64,000 nucleotides of DNA from Sedimentisphaerales bacterium. Its GTDB lineage: Bacteria > Planctomycetota > Phycisphaerae > Sedimentisphaerales > SM23-30. Every line of letters begins with the position of its first letter. The first letter of the stretch is position 1. The position numbers and the translations under genes are program-made. Under the pieces are notes generated by a model that ran no database searches, was not told the origin of the DNA, and saw nothing but the letters and a program-made list of their open reading frames with translations. The stretch lies in contig CAXXMR010000009.1 of NCBI GenBank assembly GCA_963663805.2, positions 1-64,000 of the forward strand. Reading direction: 5' to 3'. This document shows positions 63,243 to 64,000 of the stretch, one piece after another.

Positions 63243-63983
63243 TTATAATCCCCGCCTTTTACGCATCCAGCCAACCAGGCCCATCCCTAATCCGCCCAGA
63301 AGAATCGCGCCGGGGGCGGGAACGATATATGGAGTATTGCTGGGAACTCTTACGAGCATGTCTTGTATGGCTTCTCCGGTATTCATATCCCAGAGGTTTA
63401 CTACCGCGATTTTGCTATTGGTCCAGCCTTCCTGGGAGACTTTGTAATGTGCTTGCAGTACCAGATCCGCAGCACCTTCTGTTAAGCCATCGTTCATGAT
63501 CACGGATTTATCAGCTAAAGATGGAGTTGCCACAATCTCGGCCTCCAGATACCAGATAGCTAACTGATAATCCCGAGCCAGATAGTCATCATCATTCCCG
63601 CTGCCGTCAATTCCATAATTATCAAGATAATCCAAATAGACCCAGGCTGTTTCATGACTGAGCGGGTCTTTGCCGTTTGTATGGCCGTAGATACCGCCTT
63701 CCTGAGCGAACACGCTCAGTTCGGCATCATATTCTCCGTTTAAATCGACCTGCTCGTCCGCTTCGATACAAAAAGTTATAAATTCGTCGTTTTCGCCGAT
63801 GTCGAGTACGCCGTCGGCAAACCCATAGGCGGTGAAAAGCATTTCCCCGGCACGAGCACCCTGAGTAAAACCGATGTAGACTCTGTAATCCTGCATTCCG
63901 TTGAAAACGACCGTCGGAGTTGCCCATGCCGAAACCGCCATTAACAACGAAATAACTACTGCAAAGCTTATTCTAACCTTCAT
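63243..63983 (-). CDS. PEP-CTERM-type (VPAPG) surface protein with a putative thioester domain
   Basis: RBS AAGGAG, signal peptide; TFCIE, YQLAIW, QDML; C-terminal VPAPGAILLGGLGMGLVGWMRKRR. Confidence 0.85.
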   Translation of the reverse strand: MKVRISFAVVISLLMAVSAWATPTVVFNGMQDYRVYIGFTQGARAGEMLFTAYGFADGVLDIGENDEFITFCIEADEQVDLNGEYDAELSVFAQEGGIYGHTNGKDPLSHETAWVYLDYLDNYGIDGSGNDDDYLARDYQLAIWYLEAEIVATPSLADKSVIMNDGLTEGAADLVLQAHYKVSQEGWTNSKIAVVNLWDMNTGEAIQDMLVRVPSNTPYIVPAPGAILLGGLGMGLVGWMRKRRGL

Positions 63984-64000
63984 TTTGTTTCTCCTTGGCG

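Overview
Bacterial chromosomal window, most likely from a planctomycete (Phycisphaerae/Sedimentisphaerales-like; inferred from DUF1559 prepilin-like genes, PEP-CTERM proteins, a LEPR-XLL-like N-terminus and dockerin-like C-terminal tails). Housekeeping genes (lysA, acpS, ilvD, guaB, guaA, tRNA-Gly) are interspersed with two carbohydrate-utilisation loci (about 9.3-31 kb and 42.4-51.8 kb), a TRAP transporter and an IS630 remnant. The most unusual items are: (1) a roughly 170-nt element with conserved hairpins, present as two tandem copies between a LacI gene and a roughly 14-kb secreted-enzyme operon; (2) a five-gene cassette of a sensor-less chemoreceptor, two degenerate V4R proteins, a cysteine desulfurase-like enzyme and a small protein; (3) a chorismate synthase-like protein with altered substrate-binding motifs, coupled to an MmgE/PrpD enzyme; (4) paralogous secreted domains with interchangeable PEP-CTERM or dockerin-like tails; (5) four copies of a LacI-type operator, two of them in sigma70 promoter spacers. 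Many genes carry single-base frameshifts, probably long-read sequencing errors. All family assignments come from motif recognition by eye; no database searches were run.
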